The notes below the pieces were generated by a model that was not told the origin of the DNA, searched no databases, and worked only from the letters and a program-made list of their open reading frames with translations. DNA of 61,217 nt from Candidatus Woesearchaeota archaeon (GTDB taxonomy: Archaea > Nanobdellota > Nanobdellia > Woesearchaeales > ARS49). Where the stretch lies: assembly GCA_038884575.1 (NCBI GenBank), contig JAWABQ010000003.1, positions 1 to 61,217 on the forward strand. The letters run 5' to 3'. The translations under genes and the position numbers were made by a program. This document shows positions 42,496 through 49,878 of the stretch, piece after piece; position 1 is the first letter of the stretch; the number at the start of each line of letters is the position of its first letter.

Positions 42496-43440
42496 ATGAA
42501 AAATATGAGACTTGAAGATGCCAAAAAAACATTTGACCACCTGCTCCACGAGATGAACAGGGTCATCGTGGGGATGGATGAGGTGCTCAAGCAGATGGTT
42601 GTGTCCCTGCTGACCAACTCGCACGCAATACTTGAGGGCTATCCCGGCCTTGCAAAGACATTGAGCATCAAGACAATGGCGCAGCTGCTCAGCCTGAAGT
42701 TTTCGCGTATCCAGAACACGCCTGACCTGATGCCCTCTGACATTACAGGGACGTACATCATTGAGGAGACCACTTCAGGCAAGCGCTCCTTCAAGTTCCA
42801 GCCAGGGCCTGTCTTTGCAAATGTCATACTGGCTGATGAAATCAACCGTGCAACCCCAAAGACACAGTCTGCCCTGCTTGAGGCAATGCAGGAAAAGCAG
42901 GTTACGGTTGGCAACAGCACTTTCAAGCTTGAGGAGCCGTTCTTCGTGCTTGCCACGCAGAACCCGATAGAGCAAGAAGGAACATACCCGCTTCCTGAGG
43001 CGCAGAGCGACCGTTTCCTCTTCAAGATACGCACAGACTATCCGACATTTGACCAGGAGCTGGAGATTGTCAACAGGTATGCAGAGGAGGAGAAAAAGGT
43101 CTCATTGAAGCCTGTGCTCAGCAGGGACGAGCTCATTTACCTGCAGAGCCTGACAAGGCAGGTGCCTATTGCATCTGACATCAAGAAATACGCTGTCTCG
43201 CTTGTGACAGCCACAAGGCAGAAAAAAGACCTGATTGAGTACGGCGCTTCGCCAAGGGCATCAATCGGGATTGTGCTTGCGGCAAAGGGAAGGGCGCTGC
43301 TTGAGGGAAGGAAGTATGTGTCAAAGCAGGACATTAACCTTATGGCATATCCTGTCCTGAGGCACAGGATTATCCTGAGCTTTGAGGCAGAAAGGCAGAA
43401 CCTGCACGAGGATGACGTTATCAAGCAGTTCCTGAAGTAA
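42496..43440 (+). CDS. moxR: MoxR-family AAA+ ATPase
   Basis: It has Walker A GYPGLAKT, Walker B VILADEINRA, sensor/Arg-finger regions and a C-terminal lid. GGAGG at 42491-42495 favours the second ATG (42505) as the true start. Confidence 0.9.
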   Translation: MKNMRLEDAKKTFDHLLHEMNRVIVGMDEVLKQMVVSLLTNSHAILEGYPGLAKTLSIKTMAQLLSLKFSRIQNTPDLMPSDITGTYIIEETTSGKRSFKFQPGPVFANVILADEINRATPKTQSALLEAMQEKQVTVGNSTFKLEEPFFVLATQNPIEQEGTYPLPEAQSDRFLFKIRTDYPTFDQELEIVNRYAEEEKKVSLKPVLSRDELIYLQSLTRQVPIASDIKKYAVSLVTATRQKKDLIEYGASPRASIGIVLAAKGRALLEGRKYVSKQDINLMAYPVLRHRIILSFEAERQNLHEDDVIKQFLK

Positions 43441-43443
43441 TGC

Positions 43444-43471
43444 AGGACGCAATACGCTGGATGCGAGACGC
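43444..43471 (+). repeat. Left heptad array: four phased units (A)GGACGC / ATACGC / GGATGC / GAGACGC
   Basis: Read directly from the sequence. xGACGC-like pentamers occur at 43446, 43453, 43460 and 43467 (7-nt phase), in the 40-nt gap between the moxR stop and the four-helix-bundle ORF. Confidence 0.7.
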
Positions 43472-43480
43472 AAAACTATA

Positions 43481-43867
43481 ATGAAAGATTACAAACAACT
43501 CAAGGTTTGGCAGGAAGCTCACGAACTTGCGAAAATCATGCACAGGATTGTGAAGACCCTGCCCAAAAATGAACAGTATGCGCTAGCGCAACAGCTTTGG
43601 CGGGCTTCCTACTCCGTGCCTGCTAACATCGCTGAAGGCGCCTCAAGGGCGACTGAGAAGGATTTTAAGCACTTTTTGCACACAGCTCTTGGGAGTGCTC
43701 GCGAGCTCTCGTATTTTTTGCTTTTGATGAAAGACATAGGATATATTAAAGAAAAAGAATTTGCGGTGCTTGAAGATAAAACGGACAAAGTTTGCCGAAT
43801 GCTGATTAACTTTATTACTGCAATGAATTCGTCGGGCGTCAGGCGTCCTGCGTCTCGCGGTGATTGA
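43481..43867 (+). CDS. Four-helix-bundle protein (23S rRNA intervening-sequence protein family; same superfamily as DGR Avd)
   Basis: YKQLKVWQEAHELAKIMHRIVKTLPKNEQYALAQQLWRASYSVPANIAEGASR ... FKHFLHTALGSARELSYFLLLMKDIGYI matches the family signature (VWQ ... QL.RA..S...NIAEG ... F...A.GS..EL). Confidence 0.9.
   Translation: MKDYKQLKVWQEAHELAKIMHRIVKTLPKNEQYALAQQLWRASYSVPANIAEGASRATEKDFKHFLHTALGSARELSYFLLLMKDIGYIKEKEFAVLEDKTDKVCRMLINFITAMNSSGVRRPASRGD
43836..43856 (+). repeat. Right heptad array: three phased units GCGTCAG / GCGTCCT / GCGTCTC, inverted relative to the left array
   Basis: The reverse complements AGGACGC and GAGACGC are exact matches to two left-array units. The array overlaps the last codons of the four-helix-bundle ORF. 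Confidence 0.7.
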
Positions 43868-43868
43868 T

Positions 43869-44723
43869 ATGGCAATTGACCTGAGCTTCCTGCACAAGTT
43901 GGACAGGATGTCCCTTATCATAAACAAGAGGCTGACTTCCAACTATGTGGGCGAGCGCAGGGCAATCGCAACAGGCCGCGGCCTGATTTTCAAGGACCAC
44001 GCAATGTACTCGCCAGGGGATGACTTCCGCGCAATTGACTGGAAAGTGCTTGCGAGGCTTGACAAGCTTTTTGTGAAGCGCTTTGAGGAGGAAAGGAACC
44101 TGACAGTGCACATTATTGTTGACTATTCAGGCTCAATGGGCTTTGGCGGAAGGACAAAGAAGTTTGAGTATGCTGACATGCTCGGGCTTGGATTCTGCTA
44201 CATGGCAATGAAGCATAACGAGCGGTTTGTGGTGAGCACTTTTGCAGACAGGCTTGAGGTTTTCAAGCCAAAGCGCGGAAGGAGCAACCTTATGCGCGTG
44301 CTTGACTATCTTAACACCAAGAAGCCAAAAGGGCTCAGCAAGTTCGAGTCCTCCCTGGCAGCCTACAAGAAGCGCATAAACACAAGGTCATATGTTGTCA
44401 TCCTGTCAGACTTCCTTTATGACACAGAGGAGATAAAGAACGCGATAAAGAGGTATAGGGACCACCATGTTGTCTTGATTCAGGTGCTTGACAAGACAGA
44501 AACAGACCTTAACCTTGAGGGCGACTTCAAGCTTGTTGATGTTGAGACAGAGGAGAGCCTCAGGACGTTTATCTCGCCTTATGCAAGGAAGAGTTACCTT
44601 GAGCAGCTTTCAGAGCACCAGGCGAAAATCAGGAAGGCGTGCGATGAAATCGGCGCCAAATTCTTTGTCTTCAGCACAGAATACCCGATATTTGACGCAT
44701 TCTATGAAGTCCTGAATGCATGA
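43869..44723 (+). CDS. DUF58 family protein (VWA-like, MoxR partner)
   Basis: FRAIDWKVLARLDKLFVKRFEEERNLTVHIIVDYSGSM is the characteristic DUF58 core. Confidence 0.85.
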   Translation: MAIDLSFLHKLDRMSLIINKRLTSNYVGERRAIATGRGLIFKDHAMYSPGDDFRAIDWKVLARLDKLFVKRFEEERNLTVHIIVDYSGSMGFGGRTKKFEYADMLGLGFCYMAMKHNERFVVSTFADRLEVFKPKRGRSNLMRVLDYLNTKKPKGLSKFESSLAAYKKRINTRSYVVILSDFLYDTEEIKNAIKRYRDHHVVLIQVLDKTETDLNLEGDFKLVDVETEESLRTFISPYARKSYLEQLSEHQAKIRKACDEIGAKFFVFSTEYPIFDAFYEVLNA

Positions 44724-47066
44724 TTATTCTTCATCAGGTTCTTTTTCATCTGGTTCTATTATGATGTAGTTCAGGGTCTGTTCTATCCTTGAGCCTGACT
44801 TAAGGCAGCCGCCAAGAGCGTCAGAATACTCAAAGTGGTTGATGCTCTCGGGCAGTGTCAGGTAAAGCTCATCACTCATCAGCCTCACAAAATTGTAATC
44901 TGCTATCTCGCTGAACACATGTCCGTACTGGCCCCTTCGGTCTGTGTAGCCGACATTGACAGGCATGCCAAGCTCCTCGCTGATTTTTGCAGCCTTTTCA
45001 AGAATTGTTGAGACAAGCGCTTTGGCATAGTCATTGTTCCACTGGGTTGAATAAGTGGGCTCGAGCAGCAAAGTGATTATTTCATATGGCAAAAGCCTTA
45101 CGACAGTCCTTGCAAGGGTGTCCCCGTGCCTTGTGCGGGTGTAAAACACCTTTTTGTTGGCGTCTGCAACATATGCAAGCAGGCATTTGTTGTAGCCTGT
45201 GGGCTCTGTCCAGCGCTGGCAGCTCTGCACAGGCTCCACGCCGACATTGAACACCTGCATGTAGTTGTCTGTTTCCTCAATGCTTATTGATTCAAGGTTT
45301 TCCATGTCAGGGGAGTTAAGGCATGCAAGCGCCCTTTCCATGAATTCCCTGAGCATCTCGTATTTTTTGTCCCTTGCCTTTTCCCTGAAGAAGCCCCTTG
45401 AAAGCTCTATCTGCTGGGGCTCGATGTCAAACAGCTCAAGGCATTTTGCAAGGTTGTATTTTGCCCTGAGGCTGCTTGCCTTCCAGCCAAGGGCTTTCTT
45501 GTCAGGAGTGTTTGGGTCCTGCAGGAGGATCCTTATGTTTGAAAGCTCTTTTTCTGCATATTCAATATTCTGCTTTGGGTCGCCGTGCATGTTTTTGTAT
45601 GCCTCTCTGGCTTCCTGCCCGATCATCCTTACTGCATCAAGCTTCTGCTTCACTGCGTCTGTGCATTTCAGCACGTGCGTCCTGAAGATGTTTTCCTGCC
45701 AGGCTTTTGAGTTTGCAGCATCAGCGAGCTGTGCAGCTGCCTTTTCGTGCGAATACCTCCACTTTGTGAAGTCATTGTCAATAACCCTTTCTGCTATGCG
45801 CGCAAGTATTGGCAGCCCCTCTGGATAGTTTTTCTTGTATACGTCGCCGAGAGTGCTGAGTATTGTCAGGAATTTTGACGGTATGCGGTCAGATTCGTCC
45901 ACAAGCTTTTTCAGGTGGTCTGTTGAGATTGGGACCGCACTGAGCCCGCTCGTGATGCGCCTTTGCCTGAGGCCTGAATAAAGCTCTTCAAATGTTTTTG
46001 CGCCAAAATTATATCCGCCTATGTCCCTGTGGCATGAGAACATGAGTGCTGATGCAATCTCTGCATAGAGCTTTTCAAGCTGCTCTGAATTCTTGGCAAG
46101 GCTGAGTGTGTGCGCAAACACATCTGCGCCCCTTGAAAAGTACATTGTGAGCTGGTGTGCGCCAATAATCAGGTGCCTGTTCGCGTCCCTGCTGTGCAAA
46201 ACCCTTTCCTCTTTGCAGAATGATTCTAGCTTGTTCAGCTGTTCCTCGCTCGGGCTGAATTTGCTGGCTGCTGCAAGCAATGGCAGGGGCATTGCAGTGT
46301 ATTTCCTGGCAAGCTCTGGCATTCCTGGGTTTGATACAAAATCCCTGACCATTGCAGTGATTGATTCGTGGTAGTTATCAGGCACAAGCTCTTCAAATGC
46401 AAATATTGTGTCAATTGCCGCCTGGAAATGTGAATAATCCGCGTTTTTGGGCAAAACCATGCCAAGGTTGCATGCAAGGCTGTGTATTGTCTTTGGTTTT
46501 GCCTTTTCTGCCCTTTCAATCACCTTGATGAAATTTGCATCATCAACTGCCTTGTTTTCTGCAATCTGCAGGAGCAGTTCGGAAAAGTCTGACTGCTCGT
46601 TTTTTTCCATATTCTTTTTCAGGGCATTGAACACGATCTGTTTTGTTTCAGGCTGCTTGCGGGCCCCAAAAATAACAGCCATATCCTCGTATTCTGCGCT
46701 TGGAATCCAGCCGCGCTTCTCATAGCAGTCAATGCCGTACTGGAGAATCTGCTTTACCCCCATAATGTCCGCGGGCGCATAATTGTCAATGAGCGCCCTG
46801 AGCGACTTTACAAGCGCAACAATGCTTTCGCTCCTGTCATCCTTTTTTACGCGCTTTATGCACCTGTAGTGGAATTCCTCCGGGTCCTTGTAAACGTTGC
46901 GGTCAATCTCTTCAAGAAAGCGCTCGAGGAGCTTCACCTGCTCTGAGGTGTCTTTGCTGCCTTCTGTCCTGATTGTCTGGATTTGCGACAGGGTCATTAT
47001 TTGTTCTAATCTCAGCTTCTGCCTGGGCTCCATCCGGAATCCAAAACCCATTCCCATTCCTGGCAT
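44724..47066 (-). CDS. Large orphan protein (780 aa), mostly helical with an alpha/beta-looking C-terminal region; no family recognised
   Basis: A long clean ORF with GGAG-like gggagtgagg upstream of the ATG. The N-terminus is MPGMGMGFGFRMEPRQKLRLEQIMTLSQIQTI. The stop abuts the DUF58 stop with zero spacer. Confidence 0.6.
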   Translation of the reverse strand: MPGMGMGFGFRMEPRQKLRLEQIMTLSQIQTIRTEGSKDTSEQVKLLERFLEEIDRNVYKDPEEFHYRCIKRVKKDDRSESIVALVKSLRALIDNYAPADIMGVKQILQYGIDCYEKRGWIPSAEYEDMAVIFGARKQPETKQIVFNALKKNMEKNEQSDFSELLLQIAENKAVDDANFIKVIERAEKAKPKTIHSLACNLGMVLPKNADYSHFQAAIDTIFAFEELVPDNYHESITAMVRDFVSNPGMPELARKYTAMPLPLLAAASKFSPSEEQLNKLESFCKEERVLHSRDANRHLIIGAHQLTMYFSRGADVFAHTLSLAKNSEQLEKLYAEIASALMFSCHRDIGGYNFGAKTFEELYSGLRQRRITSGLSAVPISTDHLKKLVDESDRIPSKFLTILSTLGDVYKKNYPEGLPILARIAERVIDNDFTKWRYSHEKAAAQLADAANSKAWQENIFRTHVLKCTDAVKQKLDAVRMIGQEAREAYKNMHGDPKQNIEYAEKELSNIRILLQDPNTPDKKALGWKASSLRAKYNLAKCLELFDIEPQQIELSRGFFREKARDKKYEMLREFMERALACLNSPDMENLESISIEETDNYMQVFNVGVEPVQSCQRWTEPTGYNKCLLAYVADANKKVFYTRTRHGDTLARTVVRLLPYEIITLLLEPTYSTQWNNDYAKALVSTILEKAAKISEELGMPVNVGYTDRRGQYGHVFSEIADYNFVRLMSDELYLTLPESINHFEYSDALGGCLKSGSRIEQTLNYIIIEPDEKEPDEE

Positions 47067-47072
47067 TTTTCC

Positions 47073-47354
47073 TCACTCCCTGACGTAAAATGTTGCAATG
47101 TTCTTTTTGCTGATTTTGACATAAGCAGGCTGCAGCTGCTCGTGCTCCTGCGCAGCCCAGTCTGGCTGCTCGTCCCTGACAATGTCGCTAATGTCCCTTA
47201 CCTTGATAAAATTCTGGCTTTCTGATGCGAGCGTGCCCTTTACGCCTATGATGACGCGCACACCGCCTGTGCTGGAAGCCTTCCTGATTGGCTTGCGGTA
47301 ATAGATTTCAACCTGCTTCCTGTAGTCCCCCTTGAATTCCTTTTGAAGCGGCAT
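47073..47354 (-). CDS. Small orphan protein (93 aa from ATG 47354; the ORF track extends to 47402)
   Basis: MPLQKEFKGDYRKQVEIYYRKPIRKASSTGGVRVIIGVKGTLASESQNFIKVRDISDIV looks beta-rich. It ends 6 nt before the 780-aa gene. Confidence 0.4.
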   Translation of the reverse strand: MPLQKEFKGDYRKQVEIYYRKPIRKASSTGGVRVIIGVKGTLASESQNFIKVRDISDIVRDEQPDWAAQEHEQLQPAYVKISKKNIATFYVRE

Positions 47355-47436
47355 AAAATAATTAAAAAGGCAGGTTTTCTTAAAGCTTTGTACAATAATC
47401 ACTGACAGGCAGTTAATGTTTTTAAAAGTTCAGAAT

Positions 47437-48129
47437 TCAGCTGCCGAGCTCTGCCTTGACAAGCTCGTTAATCTCGTCCTCTGAGATTGAGCAGCCGTTG
47501 AGCTTTACTCCCCATAGCACTGACTCGAGCAGCTCTTTTTTTGCGTTTGGGACTTTCACGACATAGCTGTCAAGCAGCCCCTTCTCATATGCGACAGTGA
47601 CGAGCTCTGCAGAGCGTATTAGTTCAATGTGGTGTGTGTAGTCCCTGAATGCGTCAAGCCTTCCTGTGTCAACATGCACCTTTCTGTGCAGGCGCCTTGA
47701 CATCATTTCCTCAAGCTGGTCAGGGGTTTCAAGAAGGCTCCTTGTGATTCTTTCGTCCATCACCACCCTGTTGATGCCGAGGCTGACAGCGGCTGCAAGG
47801 GTTTCCATCTCGCCGATCTGGACAATCCTTATGGGCTCCTTGTGCGCCCAGAACACTGTGTTTGCGGCTTCAAGCAATTGCAATGCCCTACTTTTTAATT
47901 CAGGAGTGTCAATCACTTTCAGGGTTCCCTGCTCAATCAGGCGCTGCACCTGCAGGGCCTCGAACTTGAACTTCTTTGTTTCAAGCGGGCGGTCCACAAG
48001 CTCGTGCTTCACGCTTGAGACTATTGAGAACCTTACATTTGCCTTTTTCTGCATTGCATCCAGCAGCCAGAGCAGGCTGTTTGTCGTGAGCGAAATGATG
48101 GGTCCCGCATCAAGGAGTATTTCTGTCAC
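47437..48129 (-). CDS. PIN-like (DUF3368/PIN_3-like) nuclease-fold protein with a roughly 90-aa C-terminal extension
   Basis: The acidic signature positions are ILLDAGPIISL (Asp 1), VQIGEMETLAAA (Glu) and VVMDERITRSL (Asp). Confidence 0.5.
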   Translation of the reverse strand: MTEILLDAGPIISLTTNSLLWLLDAMQKKANVRFSIVSSVKHELVDRPLETKKFKFEALQVQRLIEQGTLKVIDTPELKSRALQLLEAANTVFWAHKEPIRIVQIGEMETLAAAVSLGINRVVMDERITRSLLETPDQLEEMMSRRLHRKVHVDTGRLDAFRDYTHHIELIRSAELVTVAYEKGLLDSYVVKVPNAKKELLESVLWGVKLNGCSISEDEINELVKAELGS

Positions 48130-48671
48130 TTAAACCACCTTCTTGCAGTATTAAGGCGGTGCCTTGCAGGCACTCCAAGCTCGTGCTCAGGTATCTGGGT
48201 CTTTCCGAAATAGTCCTGCAATTCCCACTGTGATATGCCGAGTATTTCTGCAGTCCTTGCAAGCGAGATTCCGTGCTCTGTCATCTTGCCTGCCTTCTTG
48301 ATTCTTGCCTGGTTTATGACCTCTGTAACATACAAGCCGACTTTTTCGTCAAGCTTCCTGACCTCCTCAAAAATCCGCCTGATTACGGTTCTGTAAACAT
48401 CCTCCTTGCCGAGCTCAAGGGCATCCTTTGCCTCGCCCAGCTGGGAATCAAACTTGGGCATGGGCACCTTTTCCTCAATGCAGCGGTGCACAATCTTGCT
48501 TATTGCGTAAATGATGACTGCAAAGGAAACGCTGTCATCGTCCTGGAAAATGGATGCGTCATGAATCACGTGGTTGCTCAAGTCCAAAAGCGCGTGGTGG
48601 TCCTCTGCCTGAAGGCTTTTCAGGGCGTCATCAAGCACATCAAGAATGTCCTTTCTGACAATGTCGCGCAT
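48126..48671 (-). CDS. HTH protein (UPF0175-like C-terminal HTH with a roughly 125-aa helical N-terminal extension), overlapping the PIN-like gene by 4 nt
   Basis: The HTH is ISLARTAEILGISQWELQDYFGKTQIP. The TATA aaatttatatac lies in the 31-nt gap upstream. Confidence 0.45.
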   Translation of the reverse strand: MRDIVRKDILDVLDDALKSLQAEDHHALLDLSNHVIHDASIFQDDDSVSFAVIIYAISKIVHRCIEEKVPMPKFDSQLGEAKDALELGKEDVYRTVIRRIFEEVRKLDEKVGLYVTEVINQARIKKAGKMTEHGISLARTAEILGISQWELQDYFGKTQIPEHELGVPARHRLNTARRWFK

Positions 48672-48702
48672 AAGGGTGAATTGCTGCAGAGAGTATATAA
48701 AT

Positions 48703-49872
48703 TTATTTCGTCAGGCTTACTGTCCTCAAAAGGGTGGGGCTTATTGTTATTGGCGTGAATGTTGACGGCTCAGGAGCAGACGGCGGCACTGCACACTTGC
48801 CGTCATCACAGCCGTATGGGCACGCAATGTTCTCAGAGGCGAGGCTGTTGCCCTGGCAGTAGTACTCAAGCACCTGCCTTGTGTTTGCGCAGGAGTCTGT
48901 GTAAGCGTCTGACTTCTGGGTTCCGTCAGTGTAATAAGTTGTGATGATTGTCGTGCCTTTGTTCTGCGCATCCCTTCCCTTGTCGTTTTCCCTGCATGCT
49001 GTTGTGCCGGTCTGCGTGGCAGTGGCAGGGGTTTGGCACACCTGCCTCACGCAATAGGCATATGTTGTTGTGCTTCCTGAAGAGCTTTCCCAGCATTCCC
49101 TTTCGCATCCTGAAGGCCCGCAGCCGATTTTCAGGCAGATATTGAGCGCTTCAGGGCTGTTTGCATATTTCTTCCTGCATAACTCCTCGCAGCTCAGGCA
49201 TTCCCTTTGCACGCATGCCTGGTATGCTGTCGGGCTTCCCTGTGATTTCTTCCAGCATGCTGTTTCGCACGGGTCTCCTTGTTCGCAGTCAAGCCTAAGG
49301 CAAAGCGCATAAGCATCCTTGTTGGTGCCGTATCTTGTCCTGCAGTTTTCCTCGCAGGATGTGCATTCGCGCTGCACACAGGCGTCATAAACGCTCTTGC
49401 TTCCCTGTGATTTCTTCCAGCACGCAGTCTCGCAGGGGTCTCCTGGATTGCAGTCAAGCCTAAGGCAAAGCGCATAAGCATCCTTGTTGTCACCATACCT
49501 GTTTCTGCACGTGTCTTCGCATGTTTCAGGAGCACACCTTTCCTTTAAGCAGAGCTCGTATTTGGTCTTGTCCTTTCCATATGCCTGCCTGCAGTATTCC
49601 TCGCAAGTGCATGGCGGCTGCTTTGGGCAGTCAGGGCATTCTTTGCATTCAGGGCGCTCAGGAGCCTCGCAGCCTGCATTGACAACAATCCCTCCGCCTG
49701 TGGCAGTGATGGTTCTGTCGCCTATCATGACAGTCCCGCCATATACTCTGGGCAGCCAGAAAAACAGCAGGATTAACACTATAATTTCAATCAAAATCAG
49801 GACAAGCAGGCTCTTGGGAATTACAGAAGGCTGCCTTCCTGCGTGAAACTCAGTGTAACCCTGAATTGCCAT
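48703..49872 (-). CDS. N-terminally anchored Cys-rich repeat protein: seven CX3C-X13-CX4C units plus a C-terminal CxxxD ... EYYC ... CDDGKC module
   Basis: The TM helix is SLLVLILIEIIVLILLFFWL, followed by the stalk GGGIVVNAGC. The units are CEEYCRQAYGKDKTKYELCLKERC, CEDTCRNRYGDNKDAYALCLRLDC, CETACWKKSQGSKSVYDACVQREC and so on. Confidence 0.65.
   Translation of the reverse strand: MAIQGYTEFHAGRQPSVIPKSLLVLILIEIIVLILLFFWLPRVYGGTVMIGDRTITATGGGIVVNAGCEAPERPECKECPDCPKQPPCTCEEYCRQAYGKDKTKYELCLKERCAPETCEDTCRNRYGDNKDAYALCLRLDCNPGDPCETACWKKSQGSKSVYDACVQRECTSCEENCRTRYGTNKDAYALCLRLDCEQGDPCETACWKKSQGSPTAYQACVQRECLSCEELCRKKYANSPEALNICLKIGCGPSGCERECWESSSGSTTTYAYCVRQVCQTPATATQTGTTACRENDKGRDAQNKGTTIITTYYTDGTQKSDAYTDSCANTRQVLEYYCQGNSLASENIACPYGCDDGKCAVPPSAPEPSTFTPITISPTLLRTVSLTK
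49196..49525 (-). repeat. In-frame 165-bp tandem duplication (two double-units of the Cys repeat), including a 40-nt exact match (49285-49324 = 49450-49489)
   Basis: gcagtcaagcctaaggcaaagcgcataagcatccttgttg is present twice, 165 nt apart. Confidence 0.85.
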
Positions 49873-49878
49873 TTCTGC

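Noticed and set aside
43481-43867. A diversity-generating retroelement, suggested by the Avd-like four-helix-bundle gene.
   Set aside because: No reverse transcriptase ORF (no YxDD-type motif) and no template/variable repeat pair is present in the window. The only near-identical repeats (49196-49525) are an in-frame tandem duplication whose differences involve all base types rather than adenine-specific changes.
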